Made by a program: the position numbers and the translations under genes
The notes under the pieces: generated by a model
Database searches by the model: none
Seen by the model: only the letters and a program-made list of their open reading frames with translations
What the model was told of the DNA's origin: nothing
Shown: positions 63,098 through 64,000 of the stretch, piece by piece
Position numbering within the stretch: position 1 is the first letter of the stretch
Layout: each line of letters opens with the position of its first letter
Origin: Takakia lepidozioides
Lineage: Eukaryota > Plantae > Bryophyta
Direction: 5' to 3'
DNA length: 64,000 nt
NCBI GenBank assembly: GCA_030704615.1
Contig: CM060732.1
Span: 45,508,001 to 45,572,000 of the forward strand

Positions 63098-64000
63098 ACC
63101 CCTCCTATGGTATCACTCACCCTAAAAGTGAGTAGTCTAGAAACAGAACAACAAAAATTACCAGCCACGTACTAACCACACTAGTTTGTCTCAATCAACA
63201 CTAAACCCTTTGAGCCTTTATTTTGAAGGCCAATCTCCAACCAATAATTAAATGCAAACACCAACCAGAAAGCATCAAGCTATGCTCAAAAACATCAACC
63301 ATATCCCCAAGAACTTAAAAGACAAATCACCCAACACAAACAATCAAATATTAAAACCGTTGTCATAACCTCCTTCAGCTTGATGCCTACAAACTTTGTG
63401 TATGCACCTAGCTGGACCAAACTAGGTTGTGAAGAGACTCATACAGAGGAGGACAACACAATCCCATATTGCATACATTAAGAAAATGTACCGTCACCAC
63501 ATTCTTGGAACCAAGTTACAGAGAGGAGGAGGGCTTCCTCACTTCAGCTCGTTTCGGTATGGTTTGGCATCCATATATTTATGCCAAAAGAGACCTGCCG
63601 TTGGATCATCAACACCCTTGGGCCCTCCCCGATAAGCTCGCACCACAAACTCATCCGTCCTTGGCCTACTCCCTCCAAAAGAATCCACCTCCTTGGGTAT
63701 CATATTCAAAGCAACTAAATGTCTCCAGCAGAGCAAGGACAAAAATGGAGGCAAAAGAAAACACAGTAATAGCTCAAATCATGCCAACATCTCAAGCTTT
63801 AGCAACTCTAGGGTAATGAAAGAGCTAACAGACCTGCCACCATAATTTGAAAGCCAACAGACATAGGCTGCACCAAAGTACATAGCGAAGAAGGGCTTTG
63901 AAAGATCCTCCACTGACTTTAATCTGTATGACTTATATCCCATGTCACTGCCACAAATCAACATACCCATGAGCTCGTGAGACATTGTGCTCATATTTCA

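Noticed and set aside
60000-64000. Genes or an LTR element at the window end
   Set aside because: Only short ORFs with no recognisable domains. Probably decayed repeats, but no specific call can be supported.

Overview
This is a eukaryotic nuclear window from a non-seed land plant, probably a bryophyte (inferred from moss-like protein sequences, a DYW domain and G-rich splice acceptors). Four spliced host genes can be built by hand: plant eIF4B (minus strand, apparently C-terminally eroded), an 18-exon CABIN1-like TPR gene, a 14-exon ATP-citrate lyase beta subunit, and a convergent 4-exon pterin-4a-carbinolamine dehydratase with no transit peptide. Between and inside the genes are L1 fragments, two RTE-group LINE families with unusual 3' ends (several copies, with TSDs), four tRNA-derived SINE-like elements, and a nest of non-autonomous DNA transposons. 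There is also an intron-containing pogo/Fot1-like transposase preceded by a Cys-rich small ORF, a CACTA-like remnant, gene fragments (PPR-DYW and glycerol-3-phosphate dehydrogenase), and an unidentified ~330-codon gene broken only by TAG stops. I found no prokaryote-type system, CRISPR array, rRNA or intact tRNA. All family assignments come from motif recognition without database searches.
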